DNA of 64,000 nucleotides from Candidatus Eiseniibacteriota bacterium (GTDB lineage Bacteria; Eisenbacteria; RBG-16-71-46): NCBI GenBank assembly GCA_963776245.1, contig CAVZLN010000003.1, positions 960,001 to 1,024,000 of the forward strand, read 5' to 3'. Shown piece by piece: positions 17,075 to 26,470 of this stretch (position 1 is its first letter; each line of letters starts with the position of its first letter). The notes under the pieces were generated by a model. It saw only the letters and a program-made list of their open reading frames with translations, ran no database searches and was not told where the DNA came from. The position numbers and the translations under genes were made by a program.

Positions 17075-20000
17075 ATGGACCTGCAGCGTCTGAATGGACC
17101 GCCGCTCTGGATCGGCAGCGGCGTCGTGGCCACATTCGTGCTGCTGTTCGCGAACGCGCGGCGGCTGCATCTCGACGTGCTGCTGCTGGCGCTCGTCCTG
17201 GTGGTCGTGGTGCTCGGCGTGGTGGTGTACTTCCTGGTGCGGCGGCTGCTCGCGCTGCGCGCCGCCGAGGCCATCGAGCACACGCTCACGCGCCAGGCCG
17301 ACCGCGACATCGAGCGCTCGGTGCCGGGCAAGATCGCCGAGGTGCGCGACCTCAAGGCCGACCTGCAGGCGGCGATCGAGGCGCTCAAGCGCGCGAACGT
17401 GATCAAGCGCGCCGGCGAGGGCGCGCTCGCCGAGCTGCCCTGGTACATGCTCCTCGGCCCCGAGGCCTCGGGCAAGAGCGCGCTGGTGCGCCAGTCGGGC
17501 CTCCACTTCGCGCTCTCCGACGACCAGCAGAATCCGCGCGCGGTGCGCGGCGTCGGCGGCGCGCGCGGATTCGAGTGGTGGCTCACCGAGGAGGGCGTGC
17601 TGCTGGCGATGTCGGGCAAGACGCTCGCGCGCTCGGCGTTCGACGACACCGACGACTGGCAGGAGTTCCTGCTCGCGCTGCGCGAGCAGCGCCAGGGCCG
17701 CGCGCTCAACGGCGTGATGGTGACGGTCGCCGTGGACCAGCTGGCCGACCGCCCCGAGGCCGCGATCGACGCCCTCGGGCGCCAGGTGCGCGAGCGCATC
17801 CGCGAGCTCGTCCATCACCTCGGCGTGGTGTTCCCGGTGTACGTCGTGTTCACGCGCTGCGACCGGGTCGCCGGGTTCGCCGAGTTCTTCGAGGACCTCA
17901 CGCCCGAGGAGCGCCGGCAGGTGTGGGGCGCGACCCTCCCGCTCAAGCGCGCAGAGACCGCGGCCGCCGAGGCGCTGTTCGAGCAGGAGTCCCAGCGGCT
18001 CGCCGGGGTGCTGTCGCAGCGGAGGCTGGAGCGCGTGGGGGCGCTGGTGGACCCGCTCCAGCGCGCGCGCGCGTTCGCCTTCCCGCTCCAGTTCGAGCGC
18101 CTCCGCGCGCCGCTCGCGCGCTTCATCCAGGTGACGTTCCAGCGCGATCCGGTCGAGGAGGGCGTGCCGCTGCGCGGCTTCTACTTCACCTGCGCGGGCA
18201 CCGAGGGCGAGCCGGTGGACCGCGTGCTGGCGCCGGCCGTGGGCGCGCTCGGGCTCGAGATGGTGAAGACCGCCCCGCCGCCGCTGGGGCAGGGGTCGTG
18301 GTTCGCCGAGCGCCTGTTCACCAGCGTCGTGTTCCCGGACAAGGCGCTCGCCGCGCCCTCGAAGCAGGCGCTGCGTGCGGACGCGCGCCGGCGGGTGTGG
18401 ATGGTCGGCGGGGCGGCCGGGCTGTTCGTCGTGCTCACCCTGCTGTTCTCGTGGCTCTCGTGCGCGAACTTCGGGCTCATCGGCGAGACCGAGCGCATCG
18501 CCCGGGACGTGGTGCGCATCTCCGGCAATCACTCGATGAGCGACCTCGAGGTGCGCGAGGTGCAGGAGCTCGACCGCCTGCGCCTCCAGATCCTCGAGTT
18601 GGAGCGGGTCTCCACCGACCGCCCGTTCCGCGGCTACCTCGCGTTCAACTCCGCGGGCGGGCTGCGCCGCGAGGCGGCCCGCGTCTGGGCGCGCAGCAGC
18701 GCGGACGTGTTCCTCGGCCTCGCGGTGGGCGTGATGCGGGACTCGCTCGCCCGCGGGGCGGGCTCGTTCCCGGCCTACTTCGAGCGCTACCGGGTCTACC
18801 GGCTGCTCACCGACCGGCGCGCGTCGCTCCAGCCCGCGGACTCGACCGTGATCGCGGAGCAGCTCCGCCTCGCGCTCACCTTCTCGGAACGGTTCATCGA
18901 GAACGACCGCGAGGAGCTGCGCCGGCTGGTGCCCCCGCTGGCCGCCTTCATCGCCTCGCACGACGCGGCACTGGCCGCGGTCTCCGACGAGCGGCTCGCC
19001 CTCGACATCCCGGTCGCCCGGACGGCGGCGGCGCGCGTCGCCGCCACGTGGAACTCGGACTCGCTCTACCGCTACATGATCGACGTCACCACCCGTCAGC
19101 TCGGCGGGCGGCGGGATCTCGGGTTCGACAGCCTGGTGACGAACGCGCAGCGGCTGCAGGGCGACCACCTCGTCCCCGGCCCGTTCACGCGCGAGGGCTG
19201 GACGACCGTGGTGGGGCCGCGCATCGCGTGGTACGCGATCCAGGTCGAGCGCGACACCCTGCTCGGCGCGGCCTTCCGGGACGTCGCCGGGGGGCGCGGC
19301 CGCCCCGATCCGGCCACCGAGCTCGGGAGCCGGTACTCGGCCGACTACGTGGGGCAGTGGGGGAGCTTCCTGCGCGGCATCCACCTGCGTCCCGGGTCGG
19401 AAGGGACGAACGGACTGCTCGCGACCCTGAGGGACCTCGCCCTGCCGGGCTCGGAGATCGTCACCGTGCTCGAGAAGGTGCGCCACCAGACGCGCCTCGG
19501 CGTGGAGCGCAACTCGGGCGTCGCGCAGGTGGAGCAGGACTTCGACGTGCTGGACGCGTTCTTCCGCCCCTCGGACTACGACGCACGGCTCTCGGGCTGG
19601 GCGCGGTTCTGGCGGGGGCTGACCAAGGTGAAGGCCAAGCCGGGCTCGCTGCCCCAGGTGCTGTCCCCCACCAAGGTGGAGGGCGAGTACCGGACGCGCA
19701 TCCTCGAGAAGACCGCGATCGACATGGACAAGGCCACGCGCGAGGGCCAGAGCGCGAGCACCGCGCTCTCGGAGGGCCGCAACCGGCTCACCGCGCTGCT
19801 CAGCGGCCTGAGCGGCGGACGCGCCGGGCAGCGCGGGGTCCCGATGGTGGACGCGCTGCTGAGGATGCCGCTCCTGATGGCCCAGGAAGGCATGCGCCCG
19901 CAGGAGGAGACCATCGTCCAGCAGGGCGCCAGCGACGCCTACCAGCAGCAGGTGATGTCCGCCGTGCAGTCGAAGCTGCTGCCCTACTACCCGTTCTCGG

Positions 20001-20611
20001 GCAGCGCGTCCTCGCCCGACATCGGCCTCGCCGACTTCAACGCCTTCTTCAAGCCGGGCGGCGAGTTCGATGGGCTCTACGAGGCCGCGCTCAAGAACTA
20101 CGTGCGTCCCGACGGCAGCCCGATCGCCGGTGGCGTGCCGGCCGAGGTCGTGGGCCTGGTGAAGAAGTGCCGCGCCATCCAGCAGGCGTTCTTCGCCTCC
20201 GGCGCCGAGGCCGCGCTCACCGTGGTGGCCACGCCAGCGGGACAGCCCGAGCCGTCCGACCCCAAGCTCAGCGTCGGGTGGATCGCCCTTCGCACCCGGG
20301 GGTCCGCCGCGCGCTACGACGCCAACAAGCCGGTGAAGGACTACACCCTCGAGTGGCCGGGCACCGGGCCGGAATTGGGCGCCAGCGTCGCCGCCAATCT
20401 CGCGACCGACATCACCACCCCCGGGCAGTGGGGGTTCTTCCGCCTGGTCGGGGGCCGCGTCACGAGCGAGTCCGGGAGCAGCGTCGAAGCCACCTGGACC
20501 CTCACGGTGACCAAGGCGGGCGGGGGGACGATCCAGGTGTCGTGGAAGTTGGAGACCCCGGGCCGTCCGTGTCCGTTCAAGCGCGGGTTCTTCCGCATCA
20601 CCCAGCCCTGA
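17075..20611 (+). CDS. tssM: T6SS membrane complex protein TssM (IcmF)
   Basis: N-terminal TMs, LPWYMLLGPEASGKS, ALNGVMV, FPVYVVFT..D.VAGF.EFF, LRGFYFT, VPGPFTREGW, YYPF, FFKPGG.FD and GQWGFFRL. Confidence 0.93.
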   Translation: MDLQRLNGPPLWIGSGVVATFVLLFANARRLHLDVLLLALVLVVVVLGVVVYFLVRRLLALRAAEAIEHTLTRQADRDIERSVPGKIAEVRDLKADLQAAIEALKRANVIKRAGEGALAELPWYMLLGPEASGKSALVRQSGLHFALSDDQQNPRAVRGVGGARGFEWWLTEEGVLLAMSGKTLARSAFDDTDDWQEFLLALREQRQGRALNGVMVTVAVDQLADRPEAAIDALGRQVRERIRELVHHLGVVFPVYVVFTRCDRVAGFAEFFEDLTPEERRQVWGATLPLKRAETAAAEALFEQESQRLAGVLSQRRLERVGALVDPLQRARAFAFPLQFERLRAPLARFIQVTFQRDPVEEGVPLRGFYFTCAGTEGEPVDRVLAPAVGALGLEMVKTAPPPLGQGSWFAERLFTSVVFPDKALAAPSKQALRADARRRVWMVGGAAGLFVVLTLLFSWLSCANFGLIGETERIARDVVRISGNHSMSDLEVREVQELDRLRLQILELERVSTDRPFRGYLAFNSAGGLRREAARVWARSSADVFLGLAVGVMRDSLARGAGSFPAYFERYRVYRLLTDRRASLQPADSTVIAEQLRLALTFSERFIENDREELRRLVPPLAAFIASHDAALAAVSDERLALDIPVARTAAARVAATWNSDSLYRYMIDVTTRQLGGRRDLGFDSLVTNAQRLQGDHLVPGPFTREGWTTVVGPRIAWYAIQVERDTLLGAAFRDVAGGRGRPDPATELGSRYSADYVGQWGSFLRGIHLRPGSEGTNGLLATLRDLALPGSEIVTVLEKVRHQTRLGVERNSGVAQVEQDFDVLDAFFRPSDYDARLSGWARFWRGLTKVKAKPGSLPQVLSPTKVEGEYRTRILEKTAIDMDKATREGQSASTALSEGRNRLTALLSGLSGGRAGQRGVPMVDALLRMPLLMAQEGMRPQEETIVQQGASDAYQQQVMSAVQSKLLPYYPFSGSASSPDIGLADFNAFFKPGGEFDGLYEAALKNYVRPDGSPIAGGVPAEVVGLVKKCRAIQQAFFASGAEAALTVVATPAGQPEPSDPKLSVGWIALRTRGSAARYDANKPVKDYTLEWPGTGPELGASVAANLATDITTPGQWGFFRLVGGRVTSESGSSVEATWTLTVTKAGGGTIQVSWKLETPGRPCPFKRGFFRITQP

Positions 20612-20993
20612 GCTGGGGCCTCGCCGGCGCCGCGTCACCCGACGCGGTGCCGGCGGGCGGCGTCACGTGCCTCGCCGGTCGCGCGACCAGCAGGTACACG
20701 CCGAGCAGCATGGCATCACGGCAGCTCCACCACGCACCGACGTCGAGCATGCCGAACCTGGTGAGGAGGACCACGATCCCCACGACGATCAGCGCCGCCC
20801 CGTGGACCGGCTCGCGGGCGAACCGGTCAACTGCGCGATGCCGGCGAGCACCAGCAGGAGCGGCCACCAGCGGGCGAACACCGCCCCGAAGCGAGAGCGT
20901 CCCGAGCTGATCGAGCAGCAGCATCACGCCGAGCAGGACGAGCACGAGCGCGGCGAGCGGGAAGGCCGGGCGCTTTCGGGTGAGGGCGCTCAT
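20598..20993 (-). CDS. Small membrane protein (LiaF/DUF5668-like), apparently with two compensating frameshifts
   Basis: LVLLGVMLLLDQLG and LIVVGIVVLL in one frame; the diagnostic RWWPLLLVLAGI segment lies in another frame at about 20830-20890. Confidence 0.55.
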   Translation of the reverse strand: MSALTRKRPAFPLAALVLVLLGVMLLLDQLGTLSLRGGVRPLVAAPAGARRHRAVDRFAREPVHGAALIVVGIVVLLTRFGMLDVGAWWSCRDAMLLGVYLLVARPARHVTPPAGTASGDAAPARPQLRAG

Positions 20994-21858
20994 GCCTTCT
21001 CGTCCCCTCCTCCTCCTCGTCTTCGTCCGGCTCCTCGTCCTCTTCTTCGCCGGCTTCGAACGGACTCACCGGCTCGCCGTTGGGCGGGTCGCTGAGTTCA
21101 CACTCGCCGTCCGAGAGCGTCTGCTGCATGCGTTCACCGGGCAGCCCGAGGTAGGGACAGGGCACGCCGGAGTCCCTGCCGTGGACCTTCGCATCGGCGT
21201 CGCCGGGGGAGATCCAGAACAGCTTGCCCGCTTCGATCCAGGGCGCGAGCTCGAAGTCCCAGATGTCGTTCGCGATGATCCAGCCGGAGCCGCCCTCCGC
21301 GGTCTTGAACCAGTGCACCGGGCGCGTCCAGAACTGGTGCAGGACCTCCGGGGCGATGCTCGACTGGGAGAAGTAGGCGATCGGGTAGGCCAGGTCCCCG
21401 GTGGCGAGGGTGAGGCGCGAGATCACCGCCACCATGCCGGGCAGCTCGAGCAGGCGCGGCACCACGAACGGCACCCCGGGGCCCGGGATCACCTCCTCGA
21501 TCGCCTCGCTCGGGACGCGGCCCCGCAGGTCGAGCGCGCCGAGCAGCACGCGGAAGGTCGCGGGCGGCTTGGGCTCGTCGGGCTTGAAGGTGCGCCCCTT
21601 GCCCCACCACGGCCCGTCCAGGCCGAAGGGATCGAAACAGCGCTTGAGCGGCGCGCCGGTGAACGGGCAGCGGCCCATGAGCACGCGCGGCAGCCGGTCG
21701 GCGTACTCGCCCTGCAGCACCAGCGCCCGCTCCTCGAGGCGGGTTTCCTCGCGCGGGCTGGGCTCCTGGTCCTCGTCGTCGGGATACAGCCGGGCGTCGA
21801 TCTCGCGCATCTGGCGGAGCAGGTCGTCCCGCTCGGCGCGGGTGAGGGGCTCGCTCAT
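20990..21858 (-). CDS. Candidate immunity protein for the upstream PAAR effector (acidic, about 290 aa)
   Basis: Directly downstream of the effector with an AGGAG RBS; acidic termini; the ORF as assembled reads on to 20827, but an indel in the GAG/GGGG run would give a TGA overlapping the next ATG at 20990. Confidence 0.6.
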
Positions 21859-21877
21859 GGCGTGGACTCCTGGTTCC

Positions 21878-23128
21878 TCACGGACACCCCTGACAGATCA
21901 GTGCGTCCTTGACCTCGCTCTTCTTCTTGAGGGTCACGACGCCGTTGCCCGCCACGACCGTGAGCGGCTTGTCGATCACCGACATGGGACCGCGCGCGGG
22001 ATGCCACTTGAGCTTCTTGGTGACGCGCGACTCTCCGGTCAGACACTTCGCCACTTCCTTGTTCATGTCGAACTTGGCCACCCCCGCCGCCCGCTCCTGC
22101 GCGTTCGGCACCCACTGCGCCTGCGGCGGGTGCTGGATCGCGTCCCACTTCAGCTTCTTGTTGATCTTCATCTGCACGACGCCGAAGCGGTCCTCGTCGG
22201 TCACCTTCTTGCACTCGTCGCCGTTCGCGAGCACCTCGAACACGTCGTAGTCGCCGGTCATCCACTTGCCCTTGTAGCTCGCGCCCGGCTGCTTGCCGCG
22301 CCCCTTCTCGGGGCGGATGAGACCGTCGCCCTCCGGGATGCCGACGAGGCCCACGTAGTCCGCGGCGTGCTTGCTGTAGTGCTGGTTCTGCCCCGCGGGC
22401 GCCCCCGATCCCTCGCCCGGATGCTTGGCGAAGTGCTCGTCGAGCCAGCGCTGCACCTGGGGGACGTCCTCGGGCTTGATGGTGGTCCCATCCATGCAGC
22501 CGTGCGGCTTGGGCTGGTGCTTGGCGATGATCCAGCGGCCGCAGATCTTCTTGGTCTGCCGGAAGTAGATGACCACCTTCTCCTTGGTGGCGACCGCCTG
22601 GATCTTCCCGCGATGCTCCCCGACGATCCCCGAGTCGCTCCACGCCGTGTTGTTCTTCTGCTGCTCCTTGCGCTTCGCGTGGGTCTTCTCGCACTCCTTG
22701 CCCTCGGTCGGGATCCCGGGATTGGGCGCCTGGCCCTCGGGCGTGGTCGGGGTGTTGGGGCCGCCGACGTTGTGCAGCATCATGTCGCCGAGGCGGAACA
22801 CGTTCTTGCCGTCCACCTTGACGTCGAACGAGTAGTTCACCGGCTCGGCCTTGCCCTTGATCTTGTTCGACACCACGCCCATCGCGCTGCCGGCCTCGTC
22901 GCCGGTGCTCATCTTGAAGTTCGAGCCCTTCAGCATGATCGGATTGCCGTCCACCTTGACGGTGGACGATCCGTCCGCGGTGTCGGAGGACTGCGCGATG
23001 TTGGGGTAGGGGATCGGGATCGGCCCGCCGGGCGTGGGCGTCTTGCACACGTCCGGGAACGCCACCGCGATGCCGGTGCTGCCCGCGTGCACGGTGGTCA
23101 TGTTGTTCGCGCTGACGGTCGATGGCAT
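21878..23128 (-). CDS. PAAR-like (DUF4150) protein with C-terminal toxin domain resembling edema factor/ExoY nucleotidyl cyclases
   Basis: N-terminal FPDVCKTP..PIPYPN..STGDEAG..SFDVKVDGKNV.R.GDMMLHN is DUF4150; C-terminal GIVGEH, IYFR, TGDYDVF and IQH motifs. Confidence 0.85.
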   Translation of the reverse strand: MPSTVSANNMTTVHAGSTGIAVAFPDVCKTPTPGGPIPIPYPNIAQSSDTADGSSTVKVDGNPIMLKGSNFKMSTGDEAGSAMGVVSNKIKGKAEPVNYSFDVKVDGKNVFRLGDMMLHNVGGPNTPTTPEGQAPNPGIPTEGKECEKTHAKRKEQQKNNTAWSDSGIVGEHRGKIQAVATKEKVVIYFRQTKKICGRWIIAKHQPKPHGCMDGTTIKPEDVPQVQRWLDEHFAKHPGEGSGAPAGQNQHYSKHAADYVGLVGIPEGDGLIRPEKGRGKQPGASYKGKWMTGDYDVFEVLANGDECKKVTDEDRFGVVQMKINKKLKWDAIQHPPQAQWVPNAQERAAGVAKFDMNKEVAKCLTGESRVTKKLKWHPARGPMSVIDKPLTVVAGNGVVTLKKKSEVKDALICQGCP

Positions 23129-23137
23129 CGGGTCTCC

Positions 23138-24250
23138 CTATCCGTCCGCGCCGTGGACGAGCAGGACGGCCGCGCGCAGCGGGCCGTCGGAGGCGCCCCA
23201 CACCAGGGTGTGCGGGCTGAGCGCGTAGCCCTTCTGCATGGCGGTGACGCCCCACACCACGTCGAGCGCGCCGCTCCCCGCGCCACTATCGCCGATGCAA
23301 TCGGCCGGATGCCAGAGGTCCGCGCCGGAGGGGCCGTCGGGCGCGGCGTGCGCGTCGCCGAGCGCGCGGACGTAGGCGTAGCCCCACTCCCGGGTGCGGT
23401 AGTGCTCGCCGTTGAGATCGCAGATCACGCGCGGGAAGCGCTCGAGTTTGGGAGCGCCGGCGCGCGCCTCGCGGAACGCGCGGGTCAGTCCCACGCCCTG
23501 GTTCGGATCGTCCGTGCCGGCGGTCGGCTCCTCGGCCGTCGCGCTGGCCGCCAGCGTGGCGAGCGCGCGGCCGGCGCGCGGCGCGGCCTCGAGCACCACG
23601 AACGCGGCCGCCTCGCCGGGGATGATGCCGCGCGGGTTCTCGTCGGTGCGGAGCACGCCGGCCTCCGCCAGCCGCGCGAGCGGCGCGCGCCGGAGCAGGG
23701 AATCCACCCCGCCCACCAGCGCGACCGTGACGCGCCCGTCGCGCAGGTGGCGGGCGGCGTGATGGAGCGCCGCGAGCGCGGCGGCGCGCCCGAGGCGTTC
23801 GCTGCGCACCACCTCGAAGCGCACCCCGAGATGGCGCGTGATCGCCTCGGCCAGCGGCGCCCCGTCGTCCTGATCGTCGAGCCCGAGGTAGAGTCCGACG
23901 CCGCGTGTCCCGTCGTCGTGGCCGCTCTGCCTCCAGGCTTCCTCGGCGGCCGGCAGCGCGAGTTCGATCAGGCGCTCGGGCCCCGGGGAGACGAGCTGGT
24001 GGGGTGCGGGCCGCGCGAGGTCCCAGCGCTCGTGTCCGGGCCACTCCTCGCCGGCGAATCCGGGATCGAGGTGCTCGAGCGGCACGCGCCCGCCGATCAC
24101 CGGCGGGTCGGGCGTGCCGCCGGCGTCGTTCCAGCCCTCGAGCGCCGTCAGGCGCGCGATCGCGGCCCGCAGGGCCGCGCAGGTGGCGGGCGCGGAGAGC
24201 CCCACCGGCGTCACCGCGCCGAGCGCGGTGATGGCGGGCGGCGCGCTCAC
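23138..24250 (-). CDS. Thiolase/beta-ketoacyl synthase-like T6SS accessory (PRK06147-like)
   Basis: ITALGAVTPVGLSAPATCAALRA, LVGGVDS, IPGEAAA, DLNGEHYR..EW and HPADCIGDSGAG; GTG start overlapping the DUF2169 stop. Confidence 0.88.
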   Translation of the reverse strand: MSAPPAITALGAVTPVGLSAPATCAALRAAIARLTALEGWNDAGGTPDPPVIGGRVPLEHLDPGFAGEEWPGHERWDLARPAPHQLVSPGPERLIELALPAAEEAWRQSGHDDGTRGVGLYLGLDDQDDGAPLAEAITRHLGVRFEVVRSERLGRAAALAALHHAARHLRDGRVTVALVGGVDSLLRRAPLARLAEAGVLRTDENPRGIIPGEAAAFVVLEAAPRAGRALATLAASATAEEPTAGTDDPNQGVGLTRAFREARAGAPKLERFPRVICDLNGEHYRTREWGYAYVRALGDAHAAPDGPSGADLWHPADCIGDSGAGSGALDVVWGVTAMQKGYALSPHTLVWGASDGPLRAAVLLVHGADG

Positions 24251-25251
24251 GCCGCGCCTCCGGCCCGGTCCACGTCGAGCGCGGTGAAGCGCGGGAAGCG
24301 GCCATGGATGTGCAGGTCGCCGCGCCACAGCAGGCGCAGCCGCATCGCCTCGGTGTCCACGGTGACCGAGACCAGCTTCATCTCGATCGGTTCGGGGGCG
24401 CCGCCGAGCGTCGCGCTCACCGCGAGCCGCACCGCCGGCAACGGGAAGGCGAGCTTGCCGCCGGGCGTGCACCCGAGCACCTCGACCGGCTCGCCGCCCT
24501 CGAGGTAGCTCGCGGCGGTGAGTCCGGGCGCGGCGTTGTTGTGGAAGCGCGGGTCGAAGTCGAGCGGCAGGAGCGGGCAGCGGTCCTGCTGCCACGCCTC
24601 GTCGTAGGTGCCCGCGAAGGAGCGGCGCGGCAGCCAGTTCGGGCCGATGAAACCGAAGCCCGCGGGCGCGGCCCGCCCGCCCGACGCCGACTCGAGCTGG
24701 GGGAGAAGCGCGCCCGCGCGCTTGAGCCGCGAATGGCGCGCGCGGAAGCCGCGCCCGAGCGGATTGCGCAGGTCCAGCGAGTGGTGCTTCTCCTCCTTGG
24801 CGCTGACGTCGGTGCCGCCCGCGGCGAGCTCCCACTCGAGCGGCACCTTCTGGAAGGGCTTGGGCGCCGTGTGGAACCACCAGGCGAGCAGCCGGAACAG
24901 CCACTTCCGCTCCCCGATCGCGCGCGCCTTCTGGATCAGCTTGCCGACGCGGAACGAGACCTCCACGCGGCGCGCGCCGCCGCGCGGCGCGACCGCGCAC
25001 CCGACCAGCGCGCAGTCGGTCGCGGGCTTCATCGGGCCCACGTCGGCTTCGTAGCGGATGCTGCTGAACCCGGGCTTGCCGACGTGCTCGTCCGCGGGCT
25101 GGAGCGGCGGGGGCTCGGGCGTAAGCTCCAGCTCGCCGCGCTCGGAGATGCTCCACACCCCGCGCACCGCGGCGACCAGGTGCTCGGCCGCCTGGGGGTC
25201 GAGCACCACCACGTAGCCCGCGACGAAGGGCGTCCGGTTGCGGATCAGCAC
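24247..25251 (-). CDS. DUF2169 T6SS effector chaperone
   Basis: N.TPF, KPATD, GERKW, VPLEWELAAGG, NPLGRG, GFG.IGP.W.PR..FAGTYDEAW and LP.DFDPRF.N.A. Confidence 0.93.
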   Translation of the reverse strand: MLIRNRTPFVAGYVVVLDPQAAEHLVAAVRGVWSISERGELELTPEPPPLQPADEHVGKPGFSSIRYEADVGPMKPATDCALVGCAVAPRGGARRVEVSFRVGKLIQKARAIGERKWLFRLLAWWFHTAPKPFQKVPLEWELAAGGTDVSAKEEKHHSLDLRNPLGRGFRARHSRLKRAGALLPQLESASGGRAAPAGFGFIGPNWLPRRSFAGTYDEAWQQDRCPLLPLDFDPRFHNNAAPGLTAASYLEGGEPVEVLGCTPGGKLAFPLPAVRLAVSATLGGAPEPIEMKLVSVTVDTEAMRLRLLWRGDLHIHGRFPRFTALDVDRAGGAA

Positions 25252-25252
25252 G

Positions 25253-26452
25253 TCACTCTCCCGGCCGCGCGTCGGGGGCCGGCCGCGCGTCGAACCACCC
25301 GTCGGGCACCTCGCGCCGCAGCCACGGCGCCTCGGGCCGCGGCCGCGCGAGGCCGGTGCGCCACAGCCATTCCATCGGTTCGTCGTCTGGCTCGCCGTTC
25401 CACGGCAGCGCCCGGCCGTGGCGCGCGCGCGCGTCGCGCGGCAGCGCCTTCGCGACCGCGCTCCAGTGCGCGCGCGCGCCTTCGGGCGAGGGCGGGGCGT
25501 CGCGCTCCGCGCGCGGCACGGTGCCGATCGCGCCCTCGAGCGCCTCGCCCACGATCCCGGCCAGCTCGCTGTCCGGCAGCGCGAGCAGCCGGATCAGCGC
25601 CTCCACCGACTCCGCGGTCCCGAGGTCGCCGAGCGCGAACAGCGCCGCCGGCCGTCCGCTGTCGGTCGCCGCGGCCGCGGCGAGGCGCGCGGCGTCCTCG
25701 GGCTCGCCGATCACGCCGAGCACGCGCGCGGCGAACGGCTCGGGTGCTACGGCCTGCACCAGACGTCGCGCGCGCGCCAGCGCCTGCCCGGGCGCGAGCA
25801 GCGCGAGGCTCCACAGCGCGTGGCGCCGCACCCGCTCGTCCACGTCCTCGAGCAGCGCGGCGACCAGCGGGGCGCCGGCGTCCGGGGAGTGCGCGGCCTG
25901 CCGCGCGAGCGCGCGGCGCACGTGCGCGCTCGGGTGCTTCGCGGCGGGCGCCGCCAGCGTCGCGTCGAGCTGGCCGTGCCAGCCGAGCGCGTCCACCGCG
26001 AGCGATTGCGCGCCGGCGGGCCAGGCGAGCACGCGCGGGGCCGGGAACCAGTCGCGGACGCGCGCGGGATCGGCGCCGCGCAGCGCCTCGCGCCAGGACG
26101 CGAGGCGCTCGTCGGGCAGCGCCTCGAGGCGCACCGCGACCGCGGCGGCGTCCGGCCGCGCGAGCGTCATCCACACGCGCGCCGCGGCGACGATCTCCCA
26201 CGGGTCCTCGCCGCCGAGCTTCTCCTCGACCGGCGCGAGACTCGCCCGGCGCCCTTCGGCGAGGCCGTCGAGATGGGCGGCCATGCGGCCGTCGTGCGCC
26301 TGGAGCCGGCGCAGCGGGACCTCGGGCTCGCACAGCAGCCGGCGCCGCTGCACCGAGAGGAACGCCAGTTCCTCGAGGTGTTCGAGCAGCACGTCCGGAA
26401 GCGCGGGCCGGAGGATGCTCGCGGCGCCCGCCTGTGCCTGATGGGAACTCAC
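25253..26452 (-). CDS. HEAT-repeat protein (TIGR02270-like) of DUF2169 cassettes
   Basis: EHLEELAFL..QR and AHLDGL N-terminal motifs; Ala/Leu-rich HEAT-like repeats. Confidence 0.8.
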   Translation of the reverse strand: MSSHQAQAGAASILRPALPDVLLEHLEELAFLSVQRRRLLCEPEVPLRRLQAHDGRMAAHLDGLAEGRRASLAPVEEKLGGEDPWEIVAAARVWMTLARPDAAAVAVRLEALPDERLASWREALRGADPARVRDWFPAPRVLAWPAGAQSLAVDALGWHGQLDATLAAPAAKHPSAHVRRALARQAAHSPDAGAPLVAALLEDVDERVRRHALWSLALLAPGQALARARRLVQAVAPEPFAARVLGVIGEPEDAARLAAAAATDSGRPAALFALGDLGTAESVEALIRLLALPDSELAGIVGEALEGAIGTVPRAERDAPPSPEGARAHWSAVAKALPRDARARHGRALPWNGEPDDEPMEWLWRTGLARPRPEAPWLRREVPDGWFDARPAPDARPGE

Positions 26453-26470
26453 GCGGAGGGCCGCCCTCTC

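Noticed and set aside
14181..20638. Very long antisense and alternate-frame ORFs (984 aa, 1280 aa, 1111 aa) over tssK-tssM, and similar ones throughout the window
   Set aside because: Shadow ORFs expected from high GC3 codon bias; Arg/Ala/Gly-rich, without motifs, and overlapping clearly identified genes
23138..24250. Possible fatty-acid or polyketide biosynthesis gene
   Set aside because: No ACP or PKS neighbours and no catalytic Cys motif; it sits in the known DUF2169-thiolase-like-DUF4150 T6SS cassette
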